From positions 31,884-95,883 of the forward strand of contig JAZNEW010000061.1 of the NCBI GenBank assembly GCA_045588775.1: a DNA stretch of 64,000 nucleotides. Direction: 5' to 3'. The notes below the pieces were generated by a model, which saw only the letters and a program-made list of their open reading frames with translations, had not been told where the DNA came from and did not search any database. This document shows, in pieces, positions 49,728 through 59,529 of this stretch (position 1 is the first letter of the stretch; each line of letters begins with the position of its first letter). Source of the DNA: Candidatus Egerieisoma sp. (GTDB lineage: Bacteria; Bacteroidota; Bacteroidia; Bacteroidales; UBA932). The position numbers were made by a program, and so were the translations under genes.

Positions 49728-50099
49728 ATGGGCAGAGGTTTATTGACTATATTGTTATTGATAGTGTCAAACAGTTTTATGACAATGGCCTGGTATGGAC
49801 ATCTTAAATTCAATACAGAAAAGATGTTTCCAAAATGGGGATTGTTGGCATTTATTGTAATCAGTTGGCTTATAGCATTTTTTGAGTATTGTTTCCAGGT
49901 GCCTGCAAACAGGATCGGTTTCAAGGCTTTTGGCGGTCCTTTCTCTCTTATGCAGCTGAAAATAATACAGGAAGTTATAACACTTGTGGTATTTATGGCC
50001 TTTTCTTTGTTGTTCTTCAAGACAGAGGCATTGAAGATGAATCATCTTATAGCATGTGTGTTTTTGGTGCTGGCAGTTTATTTTATATTCAAACAGTAA
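49728..50099 (+). CDS. DMT-superfamily small membrane protein (DUF486-like)
   Basis: 'SNSFMTMAWYGHLKF', four TM segments, 123 aa. Confidence 0.75.
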   Translation: MGRGLLTILLLIVSNSFMTMAWYGHLKFNTEKMFPKWGLLAFIVISWLIAFFEYCFQVPANRIGFKAFGGPFSLMQLKIIQEVITLVVFMAFSLLFFKTEALKMNHLIACVFLVLAVYFIFKQ

Positions 50100-50114
50100 T
50101 TTTAGAGGTAGTAT

Positions 50115-51398
50115 ATGAATTGGTTCAAATATATATTTTTTGTATTGGCATCATCTGCATTATTGTGCCTGTCGCAGTCGTGTGAGGAGGTTAAGGGTGA
50201 AGCTGAAGAGTTTGCAGTAAAGGAGAAGACACTGCTGGTGTATATGATTGCCAACAATAATCTGTCGGGAAATGCTGCAGGCAATTTGTCGGATATAAAG
50301 AAGGGATATATTCCTGAATATGACAAGGGAAACATAGTTGTCTATTACCATGTGCCGAATCAGGCTCCTTTGCTGCTCAATATCTTTAAAGATAAGGAAG
50401 GAATGGTCAAGACAGATACCTCATATCGTTTCCCTGCGCGGAACTCTGCAACAAAAGAGTCTCTCAAGAGCGCAATGAGTGTAACTGCAACACTTTTCCC
50501 TGCAGATGAGTATGGATTGATATTGTGGTCTCATGGAACAGGCTGGTTGCCGGAGGGTTTTTATGAAAATCCGGTGGAGGATGATCCTGCAGTTGAAAAT
50601 AATACGGCGGGCACAGCCGCTGGTCAGTTGGCAGAAATGAAGTATGCAGGAATAAAGTACATAGAAGAGAAGGATCCGTATGCAGATATGATAAAGATGG
50701 CAACCGCTTCGGAGCCCGGTGCCGCTGTACGCAGTTTCGGCAGTGATGAGGGTAAGGAGATGGAGATAGGAGAGATAGTGGAGGCTATGCCTTACAAGGT
50801 CTCTTTTATAATATTTGATGCTTGCCTGATGGGAGGTATAGAGGTTGCTTATGAGTTGAAAGACTCTACAGATTACATTATTTCATCTCCTGCCGAGATA
50901 CTCTCTTATGGTTTCCCATACTCAAAAATCATGGAGCATATCTTTGCAGACCAGACCGATCTTGAAGCCGTAGCACGTGAGTATTATGATTTTTACAATA
51001 GCCAGCATGCCACAACAAGATACGCTACAATCTCATTGATAAAGACTTCTGAGCTGGAGAATGTTGCCAATATTTCAAAAGAGATATTTGCCGCAAACAG
51101 GGAGAAAATTTCCTCACTCAATGTGTCATCGGTGCAGAGGTATTATAGAGGCCAGAAGCATTGGTTCTATGATTTCAACCATTTTATGAAACGGATTGCC
51201 TCAGAAGAGCAATATCTGCAATTTGCAGAGGCACTCGACAAGGCTGTTTTGTATAAGGCTTCAACCCCCTATTTCTTTGATATTACAATATCTGATTTCT
51301 CAGGTTTGAGCACATATATTCCAATACCTCAGAACAGTACACTGAGTACACATTACAAAACATTCAAGTGGAACCAGGATACAGGATTCATTGAGTAG
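50115..51398 (+). CDS. Clostripain-related C11 cysteine peptidase lipoprotein
   Basis: Lipobox 'LLCLSQSC', 'LLVYMIANNNL', 'LWSHGTGW' (His), 'IIFDACLMG' (Cys). Confidence 0.8.
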   Translation: MNWFKYIFFVLASSALLCLSQSCEEVKGEAEEFAVKEKTLLVYMIANNNLSGNAAGNLSDIKKGYIPEYDKGNIVVYYHVPNQAPLLLNIFKDKEGMVKTDTSYRFPARNSATKESLKSAMSVTATLFPADEYGLILWSHGTGWLPEGFYENPVEDDPAVENNTAGTAAGQLAEMKYAGIKYIEEKDPYADMIKMATASEPGAAVRSFGSDEGKEMEIGEIVEAMPYKVSFIIFDACLMGGIEVAYELKDSTDYIISSPAEILSYGFPYSKIMEHIFADQTDLEAVAREYYDFYNSQHATTRYATISLIKTSELENVANISKEIFAANREKISSLNVSSVQRYYRGQKHWFYDFNHFMKRIASEEQYLQFAEALDKAVLYKASTPYFFDITISDFSGLSTYIPIPQNSTLSTHYKTFKWNQDTGFIE

Positions 51399-51441
51399 AC
51401 TCTTTCCTCCGGAGAGATTCTTTCCTGTAGGGAGATAAATG

Positions 51442-51471
51442 AAAGGGGCTGACCTTTGGGCCAGCCCCTTT
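51442..51471. terminator. Bidirectional hairpin between convergent genes
   Basis: Perfect 10-bp stem AAAGGGGCTG (51442-51451) / CAGCCCCTTT (51462-51471). Confidence 0.65.
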
Positions 51472-51501
51472 GAAACTTAAACTCAATACACTAATCTATA
51501 A

Positions 51502-52059
51502 CTATTTATCGCCAAAGTATCTTTTGTAAAGACCTGCAAATCCCTGACCATGGCGAGCCTCATCTTTGCACATCTCATGAACTGAATCATGGATTGCATC
51601 GAGATTCTGTTGTTTAGCCAAAGTGGCAATACGTTTTTTATCTTCGCAAGCACCTGCCTCTGCTTCCCATCTTTTCTTGAGGTTTGTTTTGGTATCCCAT
51701 ACAACTTCACCAATAAGTTCTGCAAATCTTGCAGCATGCTCTGCCTCTTCAAATGCATATCTTCTGAATGCTTCAGCAACCTCAGGATATCCCTCTCTAT
51801 CTGCCTGACGGCTCATTGCCAAGTACATACCAACCTCTGTGCATTCTCCGGTAAAGTGAGCTTTAAGGCCCTCCATAATTTCCGGATCACAACCTTGTGC
51901 AACGCCCAATCTGTGCTCATCAGCCCAAGCCATTTCGCCCTCTGTTTCTGCTACCTCTTTAAATTTCTCTCTTGGAACTTTGCAAAGTGGACATTTCTCA
52001 GGAGCCTCATTACCTTCGTGAACATAACCGCATACTGTACAGATAAATTTCTTTTTCAT
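51502..52059 (-). CDS. rbr: Reverse rubrerythrin (N-terminal rubredoxin-like domain)
   Basis: '[10 protein letters not shown]...CPLC' followed by the diiron four-helix region 'EAEHAARF' and 'DEARH'. The track start at 52068 is TTG; ATG is at 52059. Confidence 0.9.
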   Translation of the reverse strand: MKKKFICTVCGYVHEGNEAPEKCPLCKVPREKFKEVAETEGEMAWADEHRLGVAQGCDPEIMEGLKAHFTGECTEVGMYLAMSRQADREGYPEVAEAFRRYAFEEAEHAARFAELIGEVVWDTKTNLKKRWEAEAGACEDKKRIATLAKQQNLDAIHDSVHEMCKDEARHGQGFAGLYKRYFGDK

Positions 52060-52162
52060 AATTATCAAATTTTAATTGTTATTACTTTTTCTATTTGTTA
52101 ACTTTGATAGTTTTGTTTACTAATTAGAAAGATTATTATTTTTGAATCGTTCTAATCTAATG

Positions 52163-52170
52163 CAAAGATA
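52163..52170 (-). promoter_or_regulatory. Possible -7 box TATCTTTG for rubrerythrin
   Basis: Perfect TAnnTTTG on the minus strand, about 100 nt upstream of the ATG. The long AT-rich leader contains an ATTAGAA/TTCTAAT inverted repeat. Confidence 0.35.
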
Positions 52171-52294
52171 TAGTTATTTTTTTAATCTCCAAAATAATTT
52201 TGAATAATTTTAATTTAAAATTTAAAAATATTTGAATTTACGGTTTGACGGATAGTAAAACTCTCTAATATTTTGAGGATTGTATAAAAAAATA

Positions 52295-52302
52295 TATCTT
52301 TG
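52295..52302 (+). promoter_or_regulatory. -7 promoter box TATCTTTG upstream of rplY
   Basis: Perfect TAnnTTTG, 87 nt upstream of the ATG. Confidence 0.45.
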
Positions 52303-52388
52303 CGCCCACAATTACAAAAAGGCATCTTTTTTGGTGCAATGGGGTCTGGAAACTCCAGACTGAGTAACACATTTTTAAACAAAACAAC

Positions 52389-52979
52389 ATGGAAACAATT
52401 GTTATTAAAGGTAATGCCAGAACTATTGGCAACAAACAAGCTATCAAAGCTTTGCGCAGAAACGGTGAGGTTCCTTGCGTTATGTACGGTCACAATTTGA
52501 ACAACCTTACATTCTCAATCAACGAAAAAGATCTTAAAAAGATTACTCACACTCCTAAATCATATATCATCAAAATGGATATTGAGGGAAAAGAGTACAC
52601 TTGCGTATTCCACTCAGCTCAATACCATCCTGTAACTGATGAGGCTCTTCATGTAGACTTCCTTTCAGTTTCAAATGACAAACCGGTTGTTATTGATATT
52701 CCAATCGTACTTACCGGTAACTCAGAGGGTGTTAAACAAGGTGGTAAACTTATGGTTTCTTCAAGAAAACTTAAAGTTTCAGCTCCTATCGAGAACCTTC
52801 CAGATGAGCTTACAGTAGATATCACAAACTTGCAGCTTGGTAAAACAATCGTAGCAGGCGACCTTTCATTTGAGGGTGTTCAGATTGTATCTCCTAAGAG
52901 CACAATCATTTGCGCAGTTAAGATGACTCGTGCTGCTCTTGGTGCTGCTGCTGCCGCTGCCGCTGCTAAGAAAAAATAA
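52389..52979 (+). CDS. rplY: 50S ribosomal protein L25/Ctc
   Basis: 'LRRNGEVPCVMYG', 'YHPVTDEALHVDF', with an Ala/Lys tail. Confidence 0.9.
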   Translation: METIVIKGNARTIGNKQAIKALRRNGEVPCVMYGHNLNNLTFSINEKDLKKITHTPKSYIIKMDIEGKEYTCVFHSAQYHPVTDEALHVDFLSVSNDKPVVIDIPIVLTGNSEGVKQGGKLMVSSRKLKVSAPIENLPDELTVDITNLQLGKTIVAGDLSFEGVQIVSPKSTIICAVKMTRAALGAAAAAAAAKKK

Positions 52980-53004
52980 TTGAAAATATTATAATAAGGG
53001 TATC

Positions 53005-53583
53005 ATGAATTTTTTAATCGCAGGATTAGGAAATATTGGTGCTGAATATGCAAATACCCGACATAATATAGGATTTATGGTGCTGGATGCCTTGATAAAA
53101 GACTCCGGCACCTCTTTTATTTCGGGGCGCTACGGTTCAACAGCCGAAATTTCCTACAGAGGCCATAAACTGATATTGCTCAAACCCTCCACATACATGA
53201 ACTTGAGCGGTAAGGCTGTAAATTACTGGATGCAGGAGCTGAAAATCAAACCGGGAAATCTGCTTGTGGTAGTTGATGATCTGGCTCTTCCTTTTGGTAC
53301 ATTGCGTATGCGCAAGCAGGGAAGCGATGGTGGACACAATGGCCTGAAAAATATTACCCAAATGCTTGGAAACAACTCTTACGCACGGTTGAGAGTCGGA
53401 ATTGGTGATGCCTTTGCCAAAGGACATCAGGTTGATTATGTACTTGGCAAATGGAAATCAGAAGAGGAGAAGGAACTTCCTTTTATCCTCGACAGGGCCG
53501 GCGATGCAATTAAGGCATTTGCCTTTATGGGCCCCGACAGAGCCATGAATGTCTGCAACACCAATCCCAAAAAAGCAGAATAA
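53005..53583 (+). CDS. pth: Peptidyl-tRNA hydrolase
   Basis: 'LIAGLGNIGAEYANTRHNIGF', 'GGHNGLKNI'. Confidence 0.95.
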   Translation: MNFLIAGLGNIGAEYANTRHNIGFMVLDALIKDSGTSFISGRYGSTAEISYRGHKLILLKPSTYMNLSGKAVNYWMQELKIKPGNLLVVVDDLALPFGTLRMRKQGSDGGHNGLKNITQMLGNNSYARLRVGIGDAFAKGHQVDYVLGKWKSEEEKELPFILDRAGDAIKAFAFMGPDRAMNVCNTNPKKAE

Positions 53584-53621
53584 AGAGAGCTGACCTAAAA
53601 GGTTAAAACAGATTTACTATT

Positions 53622-54020
53622 CTAAAAATCATTGAGCTCTTCAAGAAGATTGTCAATTTCCCTTCTTTCTCTTTTGGTTGGGCGTCCTGCGCCACGCTCC
53701 CTTTTAAGGAAGATTACTTCGTTTGGTGCAACAAGCTTGTCGAGTTCGGATTGTGGGGTGATGTTTGTGGCAAAGTTTGCAACAAGTTGTGCCCCTTGAC
53801 GTTTGTCAATGGGGCATACGACTTGATATTGGAATTTTACAGGGCCTTTTCTTACAGAGATAATATCTCCGGCCTTAATTGTTTTTGAGGATTTTGCACT
53901 CTGTCCTCCAACTGTAACCTTGCCTGTACGGCATGCCTCCGCAGCTTCGGAACGGGTCTTGAATACCCTTATTGCCCAAAGATATTTGTCGATTCTAACT
54001 TCTAAAGGTAATTCTGCCAT
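53622..54020 (-). CDS. hslR: S4-domain RNA-binding protein (Hsp15-like)
   Basis: 'VRIDKYLWAIRVFKTRSEAAEACRTGKVTVGG'. Confidence 0.8.
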   Translation of the reverse strand: MAELPLEVRIDKYLWAIRVFKTRSEAAEACRTGKVTVGGQSAKSSKTIKAGDIISVRKGPVKFQYQVVCPIDKRQGAQLVANFATNITPQSELDKLVAPNEVIFLKRERGAGRPTKRERREIDNLLEELNDF

Positions 54021-54023
54021 AGC

Positions 54024-55172
54024 TTATCGTTTGAAGAAGAATTCACCCGGATGGCGCTCTTCGGTATTATCAGGGTCTATGTTATCAAGGCCGATATTAG
54101 CACCGTTATTGTTGTGCGCAGAACAACCGCATGAGCAGTTGTGGTGCTCGTGGTGGTGATGCTCGTGATGCTCTTCTTCGCAGTGGCAGTCATCTCCGCA
54201 ATGGTGGTGACCACAGTCGCACTCATCATCATCACATTCGCACTCATCGTTGCTCTCATCCTCGTAATAATTCATATAAAGATCCTCGTCCAGATCAGAT
54301 ACTTTTGGCAAATAGATCTCCAATATGCCGGTATTTTTGCAATCATTGGCCAAAGTGAAACTCTCCATGCCTGCAGGCACAAGAATCATTTCTCCTTTGT
54401 TGAGTTCATACACAGAGCCATTTGTTTCAATATGGGCTTTGCCGTTGAGACACAGATATACGATAAGACTCTCGTCGCTCTTTTTATCAACCGGATTTTC
54501 CAGATTAATATATTTTACAATGAAGGCTGAAGTATTGGCTATAGTTGTATTATCCACTATATCAGACACCAACCAGTTCTTTTCGTCTGAAGGGGTGTAA
54601 TCAACCACATCAATAGCCTCTGCAATCTCCATCGCTGCATCCTCTCCTGTGAGGTGATAGGTTATCTCTGAGTTCTGCGAAATCTCTATAAATTCGAGTT
54701 CTCCCACAACAGCATGGATACAGCCTGGTTTTATGTAGATGTAATCGCCTGCTTTTGGCGTGAACCGGTGCAGATTATCCAAAATGGAACCGTTGAGACA
54801 ACTGTTATAGAGAGTTGTGGCATCCATTTGTTTGTTGAATCCGAGATAAATTACGGTTTGTGGGGTGCTTTTGGTTATGTACCACAATTTGGCTTTGCCA
54901 ATGGACATATATCTCTCCATAGCGGTGAGGCTGTCTGGGTGCAGCTGAGGAGCAAGTCCATCGGGACCAATGCTTTTGAATGATATTTTTATAGGAAGAA
55001 TTCCTTTATAATATTGGAAATTGTCATTTCCTGCAATCTCTCCAAGATAAGTGTCAATCACATCATCAATGCTGTTTTCCGACAAAAAACCATTTGTGAT
55101 AATGCTGTTCTCATCTAAAGTGGAACACTCTGCCTCAAATTTGAATGGATACAATTTCTGCGTTTTGTTCAT
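54024..55172 (-). CDS. Type I phosphomannose-isomerase-like cupin with His/Cys/Asp/Glu-rich C-terminal tail
   Basis: 'YPFKFE', 'PQLHPD', 'GKAKLWYI', 'GCIHAV'. Tail 'ECECDDDECDCGHHHCGDDCHCEEEHHEHHHHEHHNCSCGC'. A possible TTG start at 55154 gives 'MYPFKFE'. Confidence 0.7.
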   Translation of the reverse strand: MNKTQKLYPFKFEAECSTLDENSIITNGFLSENSIDDVIDTYLGEIAGNDNFQYYKGILPIKISFKSIGPDGLAPQLHPDSLTAMERYMSIGKAKLWYITKSTPQTVIYLGFNKQMDATTLYNSCLNGSILDNLHRFTPKAGDYIYIKPGCIHAVVGELEFIEISQNSEITYHLTGEDAAMEIAEAIDVVDYTPSDEKNWLVSDIVDNTTIANTSAFIVKYINLENPVDKKSDESLIVYLCLNGKAHIETNGSVYELNKGEMILVPAGMESFTLANDCKNTGILEIYLPKVSDLDEDLYMNYYEDESNDECECDDDECDCGHHHCGDDCHCEEEHHEHHHHEHHNCSCGCSAHNNNGANIGLDNIDPDNTEERHPGEFFFKR

Positions 55173-56025
55173 TTTTCAGATTTTTATGAAGATAACAAAT
55201 TATAGCTCCAAGAGTTACAACTGAAACTATGTATATTGCCATATAAAGTGTCGGGTTATATTGTTGAATGAGAAGATCCATAAGGCTCATCTCAATATCT
55301 TGCGGAAACAGAAGAGTGAAGAGTATGCTTAAACCATTGTTTATGAAATGGATAAGTATTGTAAGCCACAACTGCCCTGTTTTATAGTAGATCCAGCCCA
55401 TAAAAATTCCCATAATAATGGCCCCGACAGCTTGTGAGAGATTCATGTGGATAAGTGCAAAGAAAAATGCGCTCCACAGAATGGCATGCCAGGTGGCCAT
55501 GTGTTGCAGCATTCCTCTGAGCATCACTCCTCTGAGCAGAAATTCCTCAATAAGAGGTGCTGCCACCGCTACTGATATTGTAGTCCAGAACGGATTTTCA
55601 ATCATCCGCAGGTATATCTCTTTTACACTTTCAGGCATAGGGAATATCATTGTAACCGGCTCTATTGCAATCATGGCTGCTATTGTGGCTGCAATAATCA
55701 GCAAAACCAGCAGGATGGGATGTATGCCGCCTTTGTATGCACGATTGAGGGGAACTCCCTTTACAATTTTATCGTGGAGACCTCTCTCTGCTGCTATGGC
55801 ATTGTTGGCAGCCGTTTCATTTCCTTTGAACAGAACATAAAGGAGGACAGGAATCATGGGAGCTACATAGGTAACTACGGGGTTCATCTCCAACATGTTG
55901 AATCCAACGGCAGCTCCTGCAACAGCCATGGCAAAACCAATACCCATTCCACCAAGTACAATGATGTAGAAAACCATTATCCAGCATTGGCGGTATGTGG
56001 GCAGAAAATATTTGATATTGTTCAT
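55135..56025 (-). CDS. CPBP family intramembrane glutamic endopeptidase
   Basis: 'APLIEEFLLRG', 'FFALIH', 'LIHFINN'. Confidence 0.85.
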   Translation of the reverse strand: MNNIKYFLPTYRQCWIMVFYIIVLGGMGIGFAMAVAGAAVGFNMLEMNPVVTYVAPMIPVLLYVLFKGNETAANNAIAAERGLHDKIVKGVPLNRAYKGGIHPILLVLLIIAATIAAMIAIEPVTMIFPMPESVKEIYLRMIENPFWTTISVAVAAPLIEEFLLRGVMLRGMLQHMATWHAILWSAFFFALIHMNLSQAVGAIIMGIFMGWIYYKTGQLWLTILIHFINNGLSILFTLLFPQDIEMSLMDLLIQQYNPTLYMAIYIVSVVTLGAIICYLHKNLKNEQNAEIVSIQI

Positions 56026-56031
56026 GCAGTC

Positions 56032-56937
56032 TTATTTGAATAGGGGCGAAGGGTAGATGCCGTTTGCTGTCATCTCCTTCAACTTCCCAATGACAATGGC
56101 CCTGTCTTCCTGATAGGTTACTCCAAACCATTTGTCGGGTGAAGAGAGAACCTTTACACTTGCCTCACCTGAATGGATGAGAGTATTCACAACGAATGGT
56201 ATATAAAACTCTTTTGTGAGGTCGTTGGCGTTTTCAGTAAGAAAATCTATGAACATACGGTTGCCATATTCAAATATGTCGGGAGTGAATCCCCACATAT
56301 TCATGGAGGCATAGGCATTGTGGTCAAGAATATGAAGTTTGCCATCCATGCCGGTGCCACTTATTGTTCCGTCGGTTTCCTTTACTTTATGATGCTCTTC
56401 AACGGCAGTAAGGTAGTGGTCTTCATTTACAGAACAGATACCTCGAGACACCTCTCCGCTTTCAGACAATGTTTTGCTCAGAGAGAACCCTACCATGGAG
56501 TAGACACCTTTTTTACCATTCTGCTCTTTTAGGAAATCGGCCAGAACTTTAAATGATTGTGCCCCGTAAAAATCATCGGCATTGATTACTGCAAACGGAG
56601 TGGCAATGGCATCTGCCGCCATTAAAGTGGCGTGGCCTGTTCCCCAAGGTTTTTTGCGTTCCGGATTTAGGGCAAAACCCTCAGGCAACTTGTCCATTTC
56701 CTGCTCAACCAATTCAACTTCAATGAAATTCTGATATTTGGAGACAATCTGTTTTTCGAACTCCTCTCTAAAGTGTCTTCTTATAACAAAAACAACTTTG
56801 CCAAATCCTGCACGCGCTGCATCAAAAACGGAGTAATCCATGATAGTCTCACCGCATGGGCCAACTCCATCCAATTGTTTCAACCCTCCATATCTGCTGC
56901 CCATACCGGCTGCCAATATTAATAAAGCAGGTTTCAT
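56032..56937 (-). CDS. Sugar-phosphate nucleotidyltransferase family protein
   Basis: 'LILAAGMGSRYGGLKQL' N-terminal NTP-transferase loop in a 301 aa protein. Confidence 0.75.
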   Translation of the reverse strand: MKPALLILAAGMGSRYGGLKQLDGVGPCGETIMDYSVFDAARAGFGKVVFVIRRHFREEFEKQIVSKYQNFIEVELVEQEMDKLPEGFALNPERKKPWGTGHATLMAADAIATPFAVINADDFYGAQSFKVLADFLKEQNGKKGVYSMVGFSLSKTLSESGEVSRGICSVNEDHYLTAVEEHHKVKETDGTISGTGMDGKLHILDHNAYASMNMWGFTPDIFEYGNRMFIDFLTENANDLTKEFYIPFVVNTLIHSGEASVKVLSSPDKWFGVTYQEDRAIVIGKLKEMTANGIYPSPLFK

Positions 56938-56987
56938 ATCGATTGAATTTTAAGTTTCAAAAATTAGAATAGTAAAATTTATATTAG

Positions 56988-56995
56988 TAATTTTG
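56988..56995 (+). promoter_or_regulatory. -7 promoter box TAATTTTG
   Basis: Perfect TAnnTTTG, 24 nt upstream of the ATG at 57019. Confidence 0.4.
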
Positions 56996-57018
56996 CAAAA
57001 ATAATAAAAAAAAGAGTG

Positions 57019-57336
57019 ATGTCCCGTAAAAAAATGAAAATAAAAGATTCTAAGTGGTTTAAAGTATTAAAGAATAAATATTTGCTTGTAACACTCTTTT
57101 TTGTGTTATGGATTCTCTTTTTTGATACCAATAATCTTTTGCGTTGGTATTCAGATTTAAAGGATGTTGCTGCACAGCAGAGGCAGAAAACATACTACAA
57201 AGAGGCAATCCAGAAGACAGATGAGCAATTGAAGGAACTGCGTTCAAATAGAGACAGCCTCGAGAAATTTGCAAGGGAACAGTACCATTTTCATGAGGCT
57301 GATGAGGATGTGTTCATTATTGCAGAAGATCAATAA
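57019..57336 (+). CDS. FtsB/DivIC-like septum formation initiator protein
   Basis: One TM 'YLLVTLFFVLWILFF' followed by the coiled coil 'QKTDEQLKELRSNRDSLEKFAREQY'. The track start at 57016 is GTG. Confidence 0.7.
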   Translation: MSRKKMKIKDSKWFKVLKNKYLLVTLFFVLWILFFDTNNLLRWYSDLKDVAAQQRQKTYYKEAIQKTDEQLKELRSNRDSLEKFAREQYHFHEADEDVFIIAEDQ

Positions 57337-58102
57337 GGTTGTCTGATTCGTATGTAGGCCCTCCATCGCATGGCCTGTGATACGGATTGTAGTAGAATTG
57401 GTCTATTCCAAAAATCTGGGCTCCCTCTATATCATTGGTAAAATCATCGCCAACCATCAGTGTCTCTGACTTTATCCTGTGCCTCAGGGCCGGATTGTTG
57501 TAATTCTCTTCTCCGCATAGGGCCGACAGGGCTTTCCTGAATATTATCGGGGAGGGCTTATGCACGCCAACCTCTTCTGATATGAAACATGCGTCGATAT
57601 ACTGCATTATATTTGAATTGCGCAGTTTGCGGTATTGTACCTCTTTAAAACCGTTGCTTATGACAGCAATCCTGCAACCTCTCTTTTTCAACTCGGCAAG
57701 AACCTTGTCGGCATTGGGTTCAAGGGCTGTTTCATAAATCATCTGCTCCAGATACTCCTTGCCGAACTCCTCACTGAAACTTTTTATTTCTTGCTCCTGC
57801 TCCCTCTGCGATGTGCCGAATTCGGAGAGTTTCCCATTCTCCTTGCAGAAAATTAGAAAAGTGTCGTGAAACCGCTGGGAGCGCAACTCCTCTTTGCAGA
57901 TCTCCCCGCATTCGTAGCGTTGCCACAATACTTTGTTGATCTCTTCGTACCTGCTGAAAAACAGCTCTTTGTCTTTAACACCAATCCTCTCTGCAAGATT
58001 GTATCTGTCGATCAGACGAAAAATTGCATTTTTGGCATTCAGATCAAAATTCCACAGCGTGCGGTCTATATCAAAAAGGTAATATTTGTACTCTTTGGCC
58101 AT
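57317..58102 (-). CDS. HAD-superfamily hydrolase (YjjG-like nucleotidase)
   Basis: 'YLFDIDRTLW' (DxDxT), 'AVISNG', 'MVGDDFTNDIEGA'. Confidence 0.8.
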   Translation of the reverse strand: MAKEYKYYLFDIDRTLWNFDLNAKNAIFRLIDRYNLAERIGVKDKELFFSRYEEINKVLWQRYECGEICKEELRSQRFHDTFLIFCKENGKLSEFGTSQREQEQEIKSFSEEFGKEYLEQMIYETALEPNADKVLAELKKRGCRIAVISNGFKEVQYRKLRNSNIMQYIDACFISEEVGVHKPSPIIFRKALSALCGEENYNNPALRHRIKSETLMVGDDFTNDIEGAQIFGIDQFYYNPYHRPCDGGPTYESDNLIDLLQ

Positions 58103-58119
58103 TGTTTGCAGGTCAATAA

Positions 58120-59520
58120 CTATTTGCAGTAGTAATCAATCATTTTTTCGATAGCTCTTTGGCATACAGGACAGAATCCTGGAGCAGTATTTGTTCTCAT
58201 GCGGCAATTGTCCACAGGCCTGTAGATGCCTTTTGTCATATAGCCTCCGCCCTCGTAAACTCCGATACGCTCTTCCTCACCCTTTTTTACAGGAGTCGGG
58301 ATTAGTGTATCCGGCTCAAGCATATCTTTCCATTTCTTGTCGAAATCAACCAGTGAGGTGATGTTCGGCTCCCACGGTTCAATGGCGGTATTATACATAT
58401 CCAAGAACGACTCGGCGGTATCATAAAAATATTCGTCGGCCAACCCGGCGAAACAGTGCCCGAATTCATGCACAAAGACCATTGGGGTTGTGGAGTGGTC
58501 GCTCATGCTCAGACCATAGAAGTTGTAAATTCCGCCTCCGCCATATTTTTCTGTATTTACAATTACATATATTATATCGCATGGGGCATTTGAAGAGAGC
58601 TTGTTAAGCAATGTATGGTCGGAAGCTGTGAGATATCTGTCGGTTTTAAAAGTATAAAAATTGGAATTGGCGACAGTCTCTTTCCAGATGTCGTGGTGAG
58701 GGATATCTGTGCCGGATTCCGGTGATACAGACTCTACTGCCCAAATGTTGAAATCATTTTTGCGGTCTTTATAAGGCTCCATTTCAAACAGATAGCCAAC
58801 ATGTTTCTCTACATCTGAGCGGAATTTGCCCATCTCTTGGGCTGTATACCCCTCGGCAATGAACACTATATCCACTTTGCTTTGCGGATGACCGTTATTG
58901 AGGATTTCAACCACAGGAAAATTATTCTCCTTATCTCTGTTTATTGATTTGTCGGAAGGATCGATTTCAAACTCTGCCAAGTGACTGTATTTGCCATTCT
59001 CCCGTAGTCTTTCAGATATTGCAACCTTTACCTTGTTCTTCGGATATGGAATGCGGCAAGAGCTTTTGAAGGCCATTGAGGTGTGTTGGGCCTCTTCCAT
59101 TGTACGCCACTCCTGAAAGAGGGTATTGAATCCTGCAGCATAGAGCATTTTGCCGCTTTCGGCATCACTAACCTCCATTTTGTATTCGCCATATTCAAAT
59201 TTTGGGATAAGGTTTGTTCTTGTGCCGGCCCATATTGCTTCAGCCTTTAATCCCGACAGATAAATCTCCTGCTTCCGGGCATTGCCTCCAAAAATGAGGT
59301 CGATGCGCAGCTGGGCATCGGTGAAGTAGGTATAATAATGGGGATTGTCGGCAATATCCTGTTTTGTAATTGCTCCGGCCCAAGGTGTAACTGCCTCTGT
59401 AACTTGTTGTGAATTTGTGCTTTTTGACAAGCAAAAGCAATTCTGCCCGCATTGGGCACTTGCCATCAGAGGCAATGCTACCAACAACGGGCAGATAATG
59501 TTCCGTATAATCAATTTCAT
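58120..59520 (-). CDS. M64 (IgA-peptidase-like) metallopeptidase
   Basis: Signal peptide, 'VFVHEFGHCFAGLADEY'. Confidence 0.85.
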   Translation of the reverse strand: MKLIIRNIICPLLVALPLMASAQCGQNCFCLSKSTNSQQVTEAVTPWAGAITKQDIADNPHYYTYFTDAQLRIDLIFGGNARKQEIYLSGLKAEAIWAGTRTNLIPKFEYGEYKMEVSDAESGKMLYAAGFNTLFQEWRTMEEAQHTSMAFKSSCRIPYPKNKVKVAISERLRENGKYSHLAEFEIDPSDKSINRDKENNFPVVEILNNGHPQSKVDIVFIAEGYTAQEMGKFRSDVEKHVGYLFEMEPYKDRKNDFNIWAVESVSPESGTDIPHHDIWKETVANSNFYTFKTDRYLTASDHTLLNKLSSNAPCDIIYVIVNTEKYGGGGIYNFYGLSMSDHSTTPMVFVHEFGHCFAGLADEYFYDTAESFLDMYNTAIEPWEPNITSLVDFDKKWKDMLEPDTLIPTPVKKGEEERIGVYEGGGYMTKGIYRPVDNCRMRTNTAPGFCPVCQRAIEKMIDYYCK

Positions 59521-59529
59521 AGAATGATA

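Noticed and set aside
52920-52979. L25 has a poly-Ala/Lys tail ('AALGAAAAAAAAKKK') and GH57 has an AKP-rich tail (17920-17979).
   Set aside because: Low-complexity basic tails are frequent on ribosomal and nucleic-acid- or polymer-associated proteins. There is no evidence of a distinct function from sequence alone.
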